Shown here in pieces: positions 47,601 through 60,172 of a DNA stretch of 64,000 bases (position 1 is the first letter of the stretch; each line of letters opens with the position of its first letter). Under the pieces are notes generated by a model. The model did no database searches. It was not told the origin of the DNA and saw only the letters and a list, made by a program, of their open reading frames with translations. Source of the DNA: Mobula hypostoma (Eukaryota). The DNA is taken from NCBI RefSeq assembly GCF_963921235.1, contig NC_086108.1, positions 71,240,001-71,304,000 on the forward strand, in the 5' to 3' direction. The translations under genes were made by a program, and so were the position numbers.

Positions 47601-50600
47601 CTTCTGCACCTCTTTCCTGCACGAACCACATATCCCTTGTTTCCTCTAAGATTAAAAAAAGCTATGAACCTCAGACTTGAATATACTCCCTTTTCATTTT
47701 TTGGGTATGAAAATGAATGATGAAAAACTGCAATTGAAATGCTAATCCAACTGTTTTCCCACAGACGAATTCACCTATTGATTGTTTCCAGCATGTTCCG
47801 TATTGGTTTTCATTTCCGGCCAGGTTTTCATTTTCATTTTCCTTTTTGTAATTACATCTATGTCCAGCAGGAGGCACTGGTGGTGGTATGCCATCAGGTG
47901 GATTTCTGATGGAAATACCTCGGTATTTCAATCTGCATTTCCTGATAAAATAAAGGGATTTATACTCCTGTGATTTCACATTTTTGTACAATATTTGGGA
48001 TGATGACTGTTAAAACAATTGCATTGAATAAATTGAATCACAATTTATTTAATAAATTTATTTCAAATATATCTGGCCATAAAAACAGAAAATTCTTGAC
48101 ACACTAAGCTGTTTGAGTACCATTTGCGGAAAGAGAAACCAAGTTAATGATTCCATGTTGGAGAACCTTTTTCAGAATTGGGAGACAGAAAGAAAGCCAT
48201 GTAATTTATGTTGCAGAGAAGGTGGGGGAGGAATGGATCGGACAAAGGGAATATTTCTGATTGGGTGAAGCCATACCTGCCACAAGAAATTATTGTAGAG
48301 ATCATCAATGTGATAGATTAACAGCAGGGGCATGGGGTGGAAGTAGAGACAGAAAAAACGGAATGAAACCTATGACATGAGGACATTTAGAAAGTGGGAA
48401 TATAGGCAAAAAAATGGAAAAAAGGTGAAAAATACAGGGTTAGAGGATATGCCAAAAAGATCAGGTTATGTTGGCATGAGAGAAAAGTATCCTTATATCA
48501 CAGCAGATGACTTGCATTGGAAAAGCTCAGTTTTGGCAGAGAGAATGGAAGCAAGTTACCAGCAGTCACAATACTTGATATTGAGTCTAGAAGGCTGAAA
48601 CATGGTCAGCTTATAGCTGGCTTCATTGGTGTATGAATGGAGTCATACATGGGCCAGTTAAGGTAATGGCAGAGATTTCATTTCCTGTAGGATATTGAGG
48701 AATCAGATTTGTATCACAACCTTTTAGTTGCATTTTTGTTATTTCTGATATTTAGCAATTCGTCAGACTTTTAAATTAACAATAGTTAGATTTTGATATT
48801 GATTCACTTGACTAGACTTGTGGATTGCTGCTCTGGTGACAAAATCTCTATGCTGTCTTGTCTCTCATTTAGTGCTCATGACAACACATTGTAGTTGTAA
48901 TTCACTTTATAAAAGTAGTTGAAGAAGTCTGAAATAGGAATCAATTGAACAGAACTGCAAAATAACTGGAGAGTTGCATTACAATTTGCAACATTGATTA
49001 ATATGGATAAATGGTAAGTTGCAAATGATCGATATTGAGGCACAGCAAACATTTACTAGAGAATATTGTTTCATTGTTGGCAATATCCATGACTGGTTAT
49101 TTTAACACATTGGAGAAGGTACAGTGCAAACCCATTATAGGGACGAATAAATATTGTGCTTACAAGAAGTTCTGTGGATTCACTGACATGAACAGCAGAG
49201 GCTTACCTGCATAAAATATAAGAACAAGTCCTAAACAATTGTTGTGCATAAACTTCGTTAATATAGTCCTCTTGTCACCTTTAGACCTCCTTGGCGTTGG
49301 ACTTCAACTTTGCTACGTGTTACGTACTTCAAAGGTCAGCCCATATTAAAATAAATCACACAGAAAGACCTTTCATTCTTCAGAAATGGAATGAAAGTAA
49401 TTCACGTCGATCTCTGAGGGAGTGTTAAACAGCAGAAATTAAATTTAGGACAAATATATCCCAAAGAAGGATTTTTTTTTGAAGCACATATCGACATGAT
49501 ATGAAAGCAGGAACTTTCTGAACGTTAATTAATTTTAACACAATGCTCTGACGTAAGTGGAAAAAGGAATATTAAGAAATGAGAGACAAAAATGTGAACG
49601 TATGAGTTGAACACAAGACTGTCCCCAGAACTGTTCCTTGGAGCAGAAATGGATAATAGAGGAATTCAAAATTATGAGTTATTTTCAAAGAATAGAAGAG
49701 TTAACTCAGACACACCAATACGAAATCTCTTGAGCTATGTTGCAATTGTATTATGCTTCCCAAGAGTTACACAAATGCCTCATGCTGAATGGATTCCTGC
49801 TGTACTATGTGATTCACTGAAGTCAGAAAATTTTTGAGGAGAAAAGTAGTTGTTTCTATTTTTGGGTGGAGGGTGTTGTTGGGAACACCTGCTCTTAATA
49901 CATGTTCCTAATTGGCTTGAGAAAATGGGGGATTGTGTGCCAACCACATTGATTTGACTCAGCCCATGTTGAAATTCTTGTTGGAGTTGTTCTCATCCAG
50001 ACGTATGAAGAGCACTCTTGCGCTTTGTGGATTTGGAAGGTCTGGGGAGTCAGAAAGTGAGTTACTTAGGAATGAATGCCCAGTCAAGGTACAGACTGTC
50101 AAAACTTCAGTGTTTATCTGCCTGACAAGTTAAGTTTCTGATAAAAAACAATTATCCAATGAACCTCCACTGCTCCCACCCAGCTCCCTTTTCCCAGGTG
50201 CCTATTGTGGGGAATTCAGGATTGGGAATGACACTGATTCTCAAAGAGATGAGGCTAGATCTCATTTTTAGATTACTGCTTGGCACATAGGCAGTGTGCC
50301 ACTCATGTCTCAGTGTTGCTCAGGACTTTCTGCAGAGATCACAAGCTGCTTTGTTAACTGAAGAATTGAAAGTGGAACTGAAAATTGGACAATCAATAGC
50401 AACATTGTGATATAGAGAAGGTCAAAAATGAAGCAGCTGAAGATGGATTGCCTGGGACACTGCCCTGAAGAACCAGTAATAACTCTGAAAATGGGAAGCA
50501 TTTACTTTGATGCAAAAGGTAAAGCTGGAGTAAAGGAAAACCAGAGTTAAAACCTGGGGATTGATAAAATTTCCCCAAGACTCATCCAAAATCTTCATTT

Positions 50601-50960
50601 GAAAGCTCAGCCAAATAGACAGTAAATACTTTTGCAGCTTTTCCTAGCTTAGAATTATAAAAGTAAGTAAAAATAGACTATAGACCAGAGTTCTCATTCT
50701 TACTGCTATCAATAAAATGTGAAAGAATACAGAGGTCAGTTTAAGACAGGATCGAATTAATCCCATACTAGTTAGAAAAGTGAAAAACTCTCCAGAAAGA
50801 GCAAATTGAATCTAAAATTGGTTCAGGAGCAGGAAATAGAATTGTAGACCTATACAGCACATAACACATGCCCTTTGGCCCACCGAGACAAGGCTGATCA
50901 TCATGCATTTGTTGTGTATTTAACCTTACAATAATATTTGAGTAATATTGGAAATGTATT

Positions 50961-51190
50961 CACAAACAAGAGAAAATCTGCAGATGCTGGAAATCCAGGC
51001 AACACACACACAAATGCTGGAGGAACTCAGCAGGCTAGGCAGCATCAATGGAAAAGAGTACAGTCGACGTTTCAAGCTGAGACCTTTCAGCAGACCTGCT
51101 AAAGGGTTTCAGCCCTGAAGCATCGACTGTGCTCTTTTCTATAGATGCTGCTTGGCCTGCTGAATTCCTCCAGTTTTTTTTGTGTGTTGC
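50961..51190. mobile_element. Fold-back (palindromic) dimer of the short Penelope-derived repeat
   Basis: Arms 50999-51093 and 51096-51190 are imperfect reverse complements; each carries a degenerate hammerhead motif at the centre. Confidence 0.8.
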
Positions 51191-52033
51191 TCACATTTAA
51201 AACAGCAGTTGAAATCAGTGGAAACTGCAGACAGAAACACAATTGAGTTGCAGTCAGGAGTGAAAGTGAGTGTGAACAAAGTGCATTGTCTTAACAGGAA
51301 CCAGCCTGGCTGACAAATTGTGTTACTATTGTGGCATGGGCTCACATACACCAGACCAATGCAGATTCCAAGGTGAAACTTGCCAAAAATGTCATTAAGT
51401 AAGACACATACAAAAAGCATATTGGGCAGACAAAAATAAATGGAATGCGCAGGGAAGAGAAAAACGATAAAAATACAAGTTGCAGTTTCAAAAAGAGCAC
51501 TAAGGTGCATTCTGTTGAAGAAGAATCTGATAGTGATGAGAGTGTCACTGAGTAGCCTTGAGATTTACAGTGTGAAAACTGACATGAGACATGCAATATG
51601 GCTGACACCAGAAGTGAACAGTAAATTAATTAAAATGAAATTGGACACAGGCTCGGCTGTTTCAGTCATTCCACAAAAGAAGTTTGAATGGCATTTCAAA
51701 GATACTGAACAGAAGCCTACAGATATCTAACTGAGAAGTTATACTGGAGAAAAGATAACCTGTAGGAATGACATTTTTTAACAGTGAAATGCAACAACCA
51801 ACAAGCCACATTGGGCTGGTACATGGTAAAAACAGGAGGACCAGCATTGTGGGGTCCTGAGTGGATGAAACAACTTCAACTTGATTGAAGATCTATCCAC
51901 CATTGGCATGATACATCCCTTACAATAGAGTAAACTGAGAGCGAATTATGAAAGGTACTGGATGATGCCACGACAGTGTTCAGGGATGGCACTGGAAAAC
52001 TCAAACATATCAAGGGTAAAATAGTGTGACTAA

Positions 52034-52730
52034 TGTAAGGGATTTCTTCTTTTATGTTACTGCTAAGGCTAATGAAAATGGCTTCTTTGTTATGTTAGAA
52101 TAAAATGGCTTCTTTGTTATGTTAACTGCTGAGAAAGTGCTTCTCTCTCACAGCTTGTTTGGGTTATACTACTGATAAGAACATTGTATTCATTTGCTAA
52201 CCAATTGGGATAGATGTTACTCTTTCTTGTGTGTCTGTAAGCTATTGTTTCGCTGGCTTTGGAGCAGAAGGCGATGGGGACAGAGAGAGGAGACACGATG
52301 CTGTAAGCTGGGTGGTGAGGCCCAGGGTCTTCGGCGAGGAGAGGAGACGAAGACAGACTCCTATGGAGCGTCTGGCCGACCACCATGGTTGGTCCCAGGC
52401 AGCGGGTCGAGGGGATCAGAGGGGATCGAATGGTGGAAAGAAGACTCCATTAATTGAGCTCCAACTGTTGTGCACAGAGTGGTTGAACTTTGATAAGTTT
52501 GGTGCCTTTTATTTTCCTTTTATATTTTATCTCTATTAATTACATAGTTTCAGTAAGATCTATAAAGTGTAATCATTTAATCGCATATGGTGTATTGTCT
52601 GTTATCTGGCGGGGTGGGGTACATCACACAGCATCCACACAAACTTGATTACCCAATTTGGTTGGGCCGAAGGCTGCTCCCCCTAGACGAAAGCGAGCTG
52701 AGCGAGCCTGAGGCTTACCAGGGGGCTACA
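52034..52730 (+). mobile_element. Solo LTR (697 bp) inserted in the Mag-type element
   Basis: TGT...ACA termini; perfect 4-bp TSD CTAA at 52030-52033 and 52731-52734; no coding content; orientation tentative. Confidence 0.8.
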
Positions 52731-52931
52731 CTAAAAATGCCACATGCAATTTTAACAGAGTCTTTAGGTTCCTGATACCATCCATGGTAAAGTAGCCAGT
52801 GAGCTAGGTCGCATGGAGGCTGAGGGAATTTTTTCCAAGGTTGAGCCCATGGGTAAAGTCAGTGGTCCCAGTAGCCAAGAAGGTTGGGTCTGTCAGGGTC
52901 TCTGTTGATTTTAAGGTCACCATCATCCCAG

Positions 52932-53977
52932 TACTTTATACTTTATTGTTGCCAAACAATTGATACTAGAATGTACGATCATCACAGCGATATTTGATTC
53001 TGCGCTTCCCGCTCCCTGGATTACAAATATTAAATATTAAAAATAGTAAAAATTAGTCAATATTAAAAATTTAAATTATAAATCATAAATAGAAAATAGA
53101 AAAATGGAAAGTAAGGTAGTGCAAAAAAACTGAGAGGCAGGTCCGGATATTTGGAGGGTACAGCCCAGATCCGGGTCAGGATCCGTTCAGCAGTCTCATC
53201 ATAGTTGGAAAGAAGCTGTTCCCAAATCTGGCCATATGAGTCTTCAAGCTCCTGAGCCTTCTCCCGGAGGGAAGAGGGACGAAAAGTTTGTTGGCTGGGT
53301 GGGTCGTGTCCTTGATTATCCTGGCAGCACTGCTCCGATAGCGTGCGGTGTAAAGTGAGTCCAAGGATAGAAGATTGGTTTGTGTGATGTGTTGCGCCGT
53401 GTTCACGATCTTCTGCAGCTTCTTTTGGTCTTGGACAGGACAACTTCCATACCAGGTTGTGATGCACCCTAGAAGAATGCTTTCTGTGGTGCATCTATAA
53501 AAATTAGTGAAGGTTTTAGGGGACAGGCCAAATTTCTTTAGTTTTCTCAGGAAGTAAAGGCGCTGGTGGGCCTTATTGGCAGTGAACTCTGCTTGGTTGG
53601 ACCAAGTCAGGTCATTTGTGATATTGACCCCGAGGAACTTAAAGCTTTTGACCTGTTCCACTTGCGCACCACCGATGTAAATTGGGTTGTGCGGTCCGCT
53701 ACTCCTTCTGAATTCAACAACCAATTCCTTCGTCTTGCTGATGTTGAGGAATAGGTTATTGTCTTCCCACCATGCCACCAGGTTCTTAATTTCCTCTCTG
53801 TACTCAAACTCATCATTACCCGAGATACAGCCTACAATTGTTGTGTCATCAGCAAACTTATATATTGAGTTTGATGGAAACTTGGCTACACAATCATGGG
53901 TGTACAGTGAGTACAGCAGGGGGCTGAGTACACAGCCTTGTGGGGCACCGGTGCTCAGAGTGATTGTAGAGGAGAGC
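52932..53977 (-). mobile_element. Young 5'-truncated Rex1/Babar LINE
   Basis: Open frame GAPQGCVLSPLLY...YKFADDT... continuing into ORF 53176-53778 (FKFLG, QRLYFLRKL, NSFFP..MRLLN); tail (TAAAGTA)n. Confidence 0.92.
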
Positions 53978-54759
53978 TAAAAGTAGATCACTACTCTCTG
54001 CCCAGGACAGAGGATATCTTTGCAAACCTTTCTGGAGGAAAACGCTTCAGCAAAGTGGACTTGGTTGATGGAAGTGGAAGAAGATTCCAAAGTGTTTCTC
54101 ACCATAAACACTCACAAAGGGCTTTATCACGATCATAGGGTTATCACTGGAGTTGCATCTGCACTGCATTCTGGTGTAAAGCTATTGACCAGGTGCTGCT
54201 GGGCTGCCCAGGCACTCAGTATTACCTGGATGACATTACTGTTATCAGTAAAGATGGCAACGAACATCTCCAAAATCTTAGGACAGTGTTAAAAAGATTA
54301 GAAGAGAAGAACCCACACTGTTTTAGGTCTACATATGGCAACTCAAAATGACTGGAATGTGCAGCAGAAATTCCAGTTCCCCATTTTTACTAGTGCTGGG
54401 ATGAACTTGCCCTTTATGGAAGACAGTAGTTGTATACAAGCGGTCTGTGAGTGTCAGGGATTAGGAGTGAGTGTTATTGCTATTACAAAGGAAAAAGTTC
54501 AAAGATTCAAAGGTCCAAAGGTCCAATTTAATGCCAGAGATTGTATACAATATACATCCTGAAATGCTTTTTCTTCGCAGACATCCACAAAAGTAAGAAG
54601 TGCCCCAAAGAATGAATGACAGTTAAACATGAGAACCCCAAAGTTCTCCCCCTCAGCTCCCCCCTCCCATGAGTAAGTGGCAGCAAGCAATGACCTCCCT
54701 CCCCCACAAAAAAAGGAAAAGTGCACCCCGCTACTGAGCACAAGTGTGAGCTCTACTGC

Positions 54760-56340
54760 AAACTGAAAGGTCTTAAGGTGGATCAGTCACCTGGACCAGA
54801 TGGACTACATCCCAGAGTCCTGAGAGAGGTTGCTGAAGAGATAACATATGCATTGGTCATGATCTTTCAAAAAACACTTGATTCTGGCATGGTCCCAAAG
54901 GACTGGAAGATTGCAAATGTCACTCCACTCTTTAAGAAGGGAGGAAGGCAAAAGAAAGGAAATTATAGGCCAGCATCTACAGATTTTCTCTTGTTTGTGA
55001 AATTATAGGGCAGTTAGCCTAACCTTAGTGGCTGGGGAAGTGTTGGAGTCTATTATCAAGGATGAGGTTTTGGGTAATTGGAGACTACTGATAAAATAAG
55101 TCAAAGTCAGTACAGTTTCTGTAAAGGAAAATCTTGCCTGAGTTCTTTGAGGAAGTAACAAGCAGGCTGGACAAAGGAGTGGTAGTGGGTGTTATTTACT
55201 TAGATTTTCAGAAGGCAGTTGATAAGGTGCATCACATGAGGCTACTTAACAAGATAAAACCGTGGCATGAATGGAGGAATGACTGACAGGCAGGAGGCAG
55301 TGAGTGGGAATAAAAGGGCCTTTTCTAGTTGGCTACCAGTGACGCGTTGTGTTCCTCAGGGGTCAGTATTGGGACTACTACTTTTCACATTGTTTGTCAA
55401 TGATTTAGATAATGGAATTGACGGCTTAGTGGCAAAGTATGCAGATGATACGAAGATAGGTGGAAGGGTAGGTAGTGTGATTACAGCAGGACTTAGACAA
55501 ATTGGAGGACTGGGCAAAAAAGTGTAAGACTGAATACAGTGTTGGGAAATGTATGATAATACGTTTTGGTAAAAGGAACAATAGTGCAGACTATTATCTA
55601 ACTAGGGAGAATATTCAAACATCAGAGGTGCAAAGGGACTTAGGAGTCCTCCTGCAAGACTCCCAGAAGATTAACTTACAGGCTGGGTCTGTGGTAAAGA
55701 AGGCAAATGCAATGTTGGCATTTATTTCAAGGGGAATAGAATATAAAAACAAAGAAATAAAGGTGAAGCTTAATAAGACACTAGTCAGGCTGCACTTGGA
55801 GTACTGTCAACAGTTTTGGGCTCCTTATCTCAGAAAGAATGTATTATCATTGGAGAGAGTCCAGAGGAGGTTCGTGTGGATGATTCTGGGAATGAAGGGG
55901 TTAACACATGAGGAGTGTTTGATAGCTGTGACCTGTACTCACTGGAATTTAGAAGAATGCGTGGGGATCTCATAGAAACCTACCGAATGTTGGAAGGACT
56001 TAGATAAGGTGGATGTGGGGAGGATATTTCCTCTGGTGGGGGTATTCAGCACAGCCTCAAAATTGAGAGGCGACCTTTTAGAACAGAAGTAAGGAAGAAC
56101 ATTTTTAGCCAAAGAGTGGTGAATCTGTTGGATGCTCTGCCACAGACTGTGACAGAGACCAAGTCCGTGGGTGTATTCAAAGTGAAAGTTAATAGATTCC
56201 TAATTGGTTGGGGCATCAAGGGATATGGTGAGAAGGCAGGTGTATTGGGTTGAACGGGATCCAGGATCAGCCATGATGAATTGTTGGAGTGGACTCGATG
56301 GGCTGAATGGCCTAATTCTGCTCCTGTGTATGATGGTCTA
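54760..56340 (+). mobile_element. CR1-clade LINE, decayed RT to 3' end
   Basis: SPGPDGLHPRVLRE, DWKIANVTPLFKKG, VPQGSVLG, KYADDTK, LVRLHLEYC. Confidence 0.9.
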
Positions 56341-57161
56341 ATGGGTGTTGCCTTATATGGGGATTGAGAGTTGTTGTACCATCCGAGCTGACAGCTGAAG
56401 CTTTGGAGGAGATACTTACCAGTCATCTGTACATAGTTAAAATGAAAGCGTTGGCTCGAAGCCTTGTCTGGTGACCTGGGATAGATCAGCATATCGAACA
56501 GTTTGTCATGGACAGTTTGGGATGCCAACATGTCCAGAACAGAGGTAACCAAAGCTGTCAGAACCACTTTCTGCAGTCCCAGAGTCAACTCCTACAACCA
56601 CTGTGGAGGAGGTCTCAGCATCTGAGATTGTTTCACAGCCATACAAAGCCTGAGAATGTTTTCACAGCCACAAGTCTTACCTGCCAAGCGGAGTGAGCAC
56701 CACTCACCCCTGCCCCGCCTTCGCCCATCAGGAAAGTCCTTATCCCACAAGAGTAGGAAAACCTCCACAGTGATTAAATCTTTAGGCCTGAATGGGACAA
56801 TTTAAATGTACGATGCTATGGATGTCTGTATAGTAGTTGCATTACATAGTCTATAGTTGAGATGCATTCTATATTGAGCTGGAGTTTACAGCTAAGTAGG
56901 AAGGAGTGTTATGTATTTAGTATTTCAGTAATATTTGAGTAATATTGTAAATATATGGTTTGGTTAAGCATTCTTTCTTTGTCTAAATAATTCATTATGG
57001 GTTATATGTAAAAGTAGGTGAATGATACACGTCATCTTGCCACCATGTCATAAGTGAGCGCCTTGCTAAAAATAAAAACAAAGCGTACACGCATCTCTTG
57101 GGCTCCCTCATTTTTTGCCTTCAATTAGAATTTTTTGATTTGGAGTTAAAATATAGCAACA

Positions 57162-57436
57162 CCCATCTACAGAACACTAATGCCATCTTATCCTCTCCAC
57201 ATTTCCAGTAACTGCCCTCAGATTCTTCCATTCACTTACACACCCCAGACAAGTTATAGTGATCAATTAATGTACTAACCTGCACATCTTTGGGATGAGG
57301 AAGGGAGATGGATCACCAGGCAGAGACCCATACTTTTGCAAACTCCATAAACTCAGCACTGGAATGACAAATTGAACCCATGTCGGTGGGAATATGAGGA
57401 GGCTGATTGACTAGCTGCTTCACTGTGTCTCTCCCA
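57162..57436 (-). mobile_element. HE1-like V-SINE (5' part); its 3' tail lies at ~50845-50909, split by the Mag-type LTR element
   Basis: Minus-strand tRNA head with GGGTTCAATT, degenerate V domain CCCAAAGATGTGCAGGTTAG; matching tail GGGCCAAAGGGCATGTGTTATGTGCTGTAT on the other side of the LTR element. Confidence 0.6.
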
Positions 57437-57540
57437 AGTAATGGTTAATAGCTGTTCCAATGACAGGTTGGTTGTTTGCTAGGCCCTTTGATTTTTTTGG
57501 TAGAAGCGTTTTATGTGTAAACACAGGATCCATAATTGAG

Positions 57541-58025
57541 AACATAGAACTCTAGAGCACATTACAGCACATGTTGTGCTGACCATGTAATCTGCTCTAG
57601 AGACTGCCTAGAATTTCCTGGGTGCATAGCCCTCTATTTTTCTAAGCTCCATGTACCTATCTAAGAGGCTCTTAAAAGTCCCTATTGTATCCGCAAAGAA
57701 GTTTGCAGATGATACCAAAGTTGGTCATGTGATCGATAATAAGGGAGAAAGATGTAAAAATACATCAATGGAGTGATCAGGTGACAAAGGAGGAATTTTT
57801 TATGCAGAGAACGATGAGTGTGTGGAATGGGCTGCCGGCGGCGACGGTAGGGGCAGAAATGATAGGGTCTTTTAGGAGACTCCTGGATAGGTACATGGAG
57901 CTTAGAAAAATAGAGGGCTATGGGCAACCCTAGGTAATTTCTAAGGTAAGGACATGTTCGGCACAGCATTGTGGGCCGAAGGGCCTGTATTGTGCTGTAG
58001 GTTTTCTATGTTTCTATGTTTCTAT
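57541..58025. repeat. Two CR1 3' ends in inverted orientation
   Basis: CATAGCCCTCTATTTTTCTAAGCTCCATGTACCTATC (~57625-57661) is the reverse complement of ~57886-57922; plus-strand tail (TTTCTATG)n. Confidence 0.75.
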
Positions 58026-59012
58026 AAATGGAATTCAAAGCAGTGAAGTTGAGATTTTGAATTTAGGAAGAGCATGCAAGATAAGAGGGTGATTTGATAT
58101 TAATAGATAGAGATCTGGAATGTAGTTTCACAGATCACTGAAAGTCGTCAGACAGATTAAGACAAAATAAGGCAAACATTCTTTTGTTGGCTGAGACATA
58201 GAATATGTAAAGGGTTATATGAGAAACGTTTAAATTATAAGATTACAACCAGAATATTACACACCAAAAGAAGGGTATATAAGCATATTGAATCAATACA
58301 GCAGACAAAAAAAAAGTATGTTTTCAGTAATGGAAAATTACAGACCTGAGGAACACATCAGAAGAAAAATTAATGACTCATTCATTTACAATAAGTTAAC
58401 AGCCTTCTGGCATTAATGTATAAGTGCCAAAAAAAATCTCCACAAAGACAAGATGGGTCATTTATATAATAACTGATGATTAAAGAGTAGCCACCAGGGG
58501 TGTTGAAATTCCACATAGCTAACTGTGATAAAGAGGCAGCTCCATACTCGTTGAAAGTAGTGTTTTTCATGTAGCGAATGAGTTTGGCGGATGATGGATG
58601 ATATTCTTAGTAAAAGATACTGGATTCCTCAGTAGACATTGATTCAATTTGTTCAGCTACTGATTTTTGTATTCTGGTCCTTTTTATACGTTGTATTAAG
58701 GGGAAACTGATCTGGCATATAATTGTTTATGACACAGAAGAAAAATAAATAACCTCACTATAGTAAGAAGTGCAAACTATATCCGAGAAGCAGGGTGCGA
58801 GAGGGAAATTATGTAACTTTAATGGACTATTGATCCACTCTGTATTTCAGTGTTGAACCGTGTCATCAGAATATATTTCTGCAATCATTTTACCTGCAGT
58901 AGAACAAATTTCACAGTAGGGGTTCTGAAATCAGTTTCTTGATTGAACTAATTATACACCAGCTAGGGAACTCTCAAATATTGTAGACTTCCTTTCCAAA
59001 AATATATGTGTA

Positions 59013-59015
<3 letters not shown>

Positions 59016-59054
<39 letters not shown>
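59016..59054. repeat. (GT)n microsatellite
   Basis: Perfect dinucleotide run. Confidence 0.95.
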
Positions 59055-59061
<7 letters not shown>

Positions 59062-59924
59062 TCTACATAGATTTATTTGTTATATTAAGGGGTAATTGAA
59101 ACAGTGAAAGGAATTGAAGCATGAATACAAATTCATGGTTCATTCTGGTATATGAGTTGTTTCCTTGGATTCGTTCAGAAATGCCAATAGACCTGAATTT
59201 ATATAGTGCTATTAAAATTCAAGTGTTGACAAACAATAGCATCATCTCCCAGATATGTTATTCCAGATGCTGAGTCAAAATAGTTAAGAGAGTGTTTGGT
59301 CTATTTGTCTGTCTGACAGGAATGTCTTGTAGATATGAGTCATTTCATGAAAGGTAAATACAGATACCGAAAAAATGCTGGGTGGGGTGGATTAAGAAGA
59401 AATAGCTTTGAATTGCAAAGGATCCAATGGAGTATATAGCACCTAAAGACTATTCAGACCAAATAGTTGGTGTTTTAGTTCTCTAAATTAATCCAAACAA
59501 TTTATTGCAAATATTTCCTGTGGTAGGATTAATTTTATCTGCCCCTTAATTTTTTGTTTTAGCAACTACACTATCTTCTAGCCATTTTGTTTCCCCTCAT
59601 AACCTGAAAGTTCAGCCTGATCTTCTGAGCACTATGGAATCGCTGAACTTGCTATAACAAGATGCGTTGGATGCACTCACCACACACAAAATGTTGCATA
59701 TGCTCACCATGTCAGGCAGCATTCTGTGGGAAGAGAAACAGAGTTCATGTTTCAGGTTTAAGACCCTTCATCTGTTTCTATTGTATTTTCTCCAATGACT
59801 ATTATAGAAGTACTTTTGACACTTTGACTTCATAATTTATCATCTTCCAGACCATTTTAAAATTTGTGTTTTAAGATTTTTGTAACTTAGACATTGTTTT
59901 TTTTCAGCATCTAAGTATAAAATT

Positions 59925-60172
59925 ACCGGTTGGTGGTGCGGTAACATCAGCGCCGGACTCCAGAGCGAAGGTTCCCGAGTTCGAATCTGGTCGGGCTGCT
60001 CCTGGGCACGCTCTCCATCCGTGCCCGGTTGAGTGTCGAGCTTGCAACTCGGCCTCGTAAAAAAAAACTGCACTGTGAGAAGGACGTGGGGGACCACTCA
60101 CAGAATCTTTCCTCCAAGACAACCACTTGAAAAAGTGGTCACTGAGGCTCTGACAGAGTATGGCACACAAAA
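59925..60172 (+). mobile_element. tRNA-derived SINE, same head and middle as 4025-4316 but a different 3' tail
   Basis: B box GAGTTCGAATC, CTCTCCATCCGTGCCCGGTTGAGTGTCGAGCTTGCAACTCGGCCTCGTAAAA; 12-bp TSD AAGTATAAAATT at 59913-59924 and 60173-60184. Confidence 0.85.

Larger units (their letters stand above)
50910..57161 (+). mobile_element. Decayed Mag-type Gypsy LTR retrotransposon carrying multiple nested insertions
   Basis: 5' LTR start TGTTGTGTATTTAA...AATATTTGAGTAATATTG matches 3' LTR 56907-57161 (TG...CA, preceded by PPT AAGTAGGAAGGAG); gag knuckle CYYCG...H....C; protease MKLDTGSAVSVIP; RT FSKVDL and YYLDD. Confidence 0.82.

Noticed and set aside
53176..53778. 200-aa ORF as a cellular gene
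   Set aside because: It is the C-terminal part of a 5'-truncated Rex1/Babar LINE
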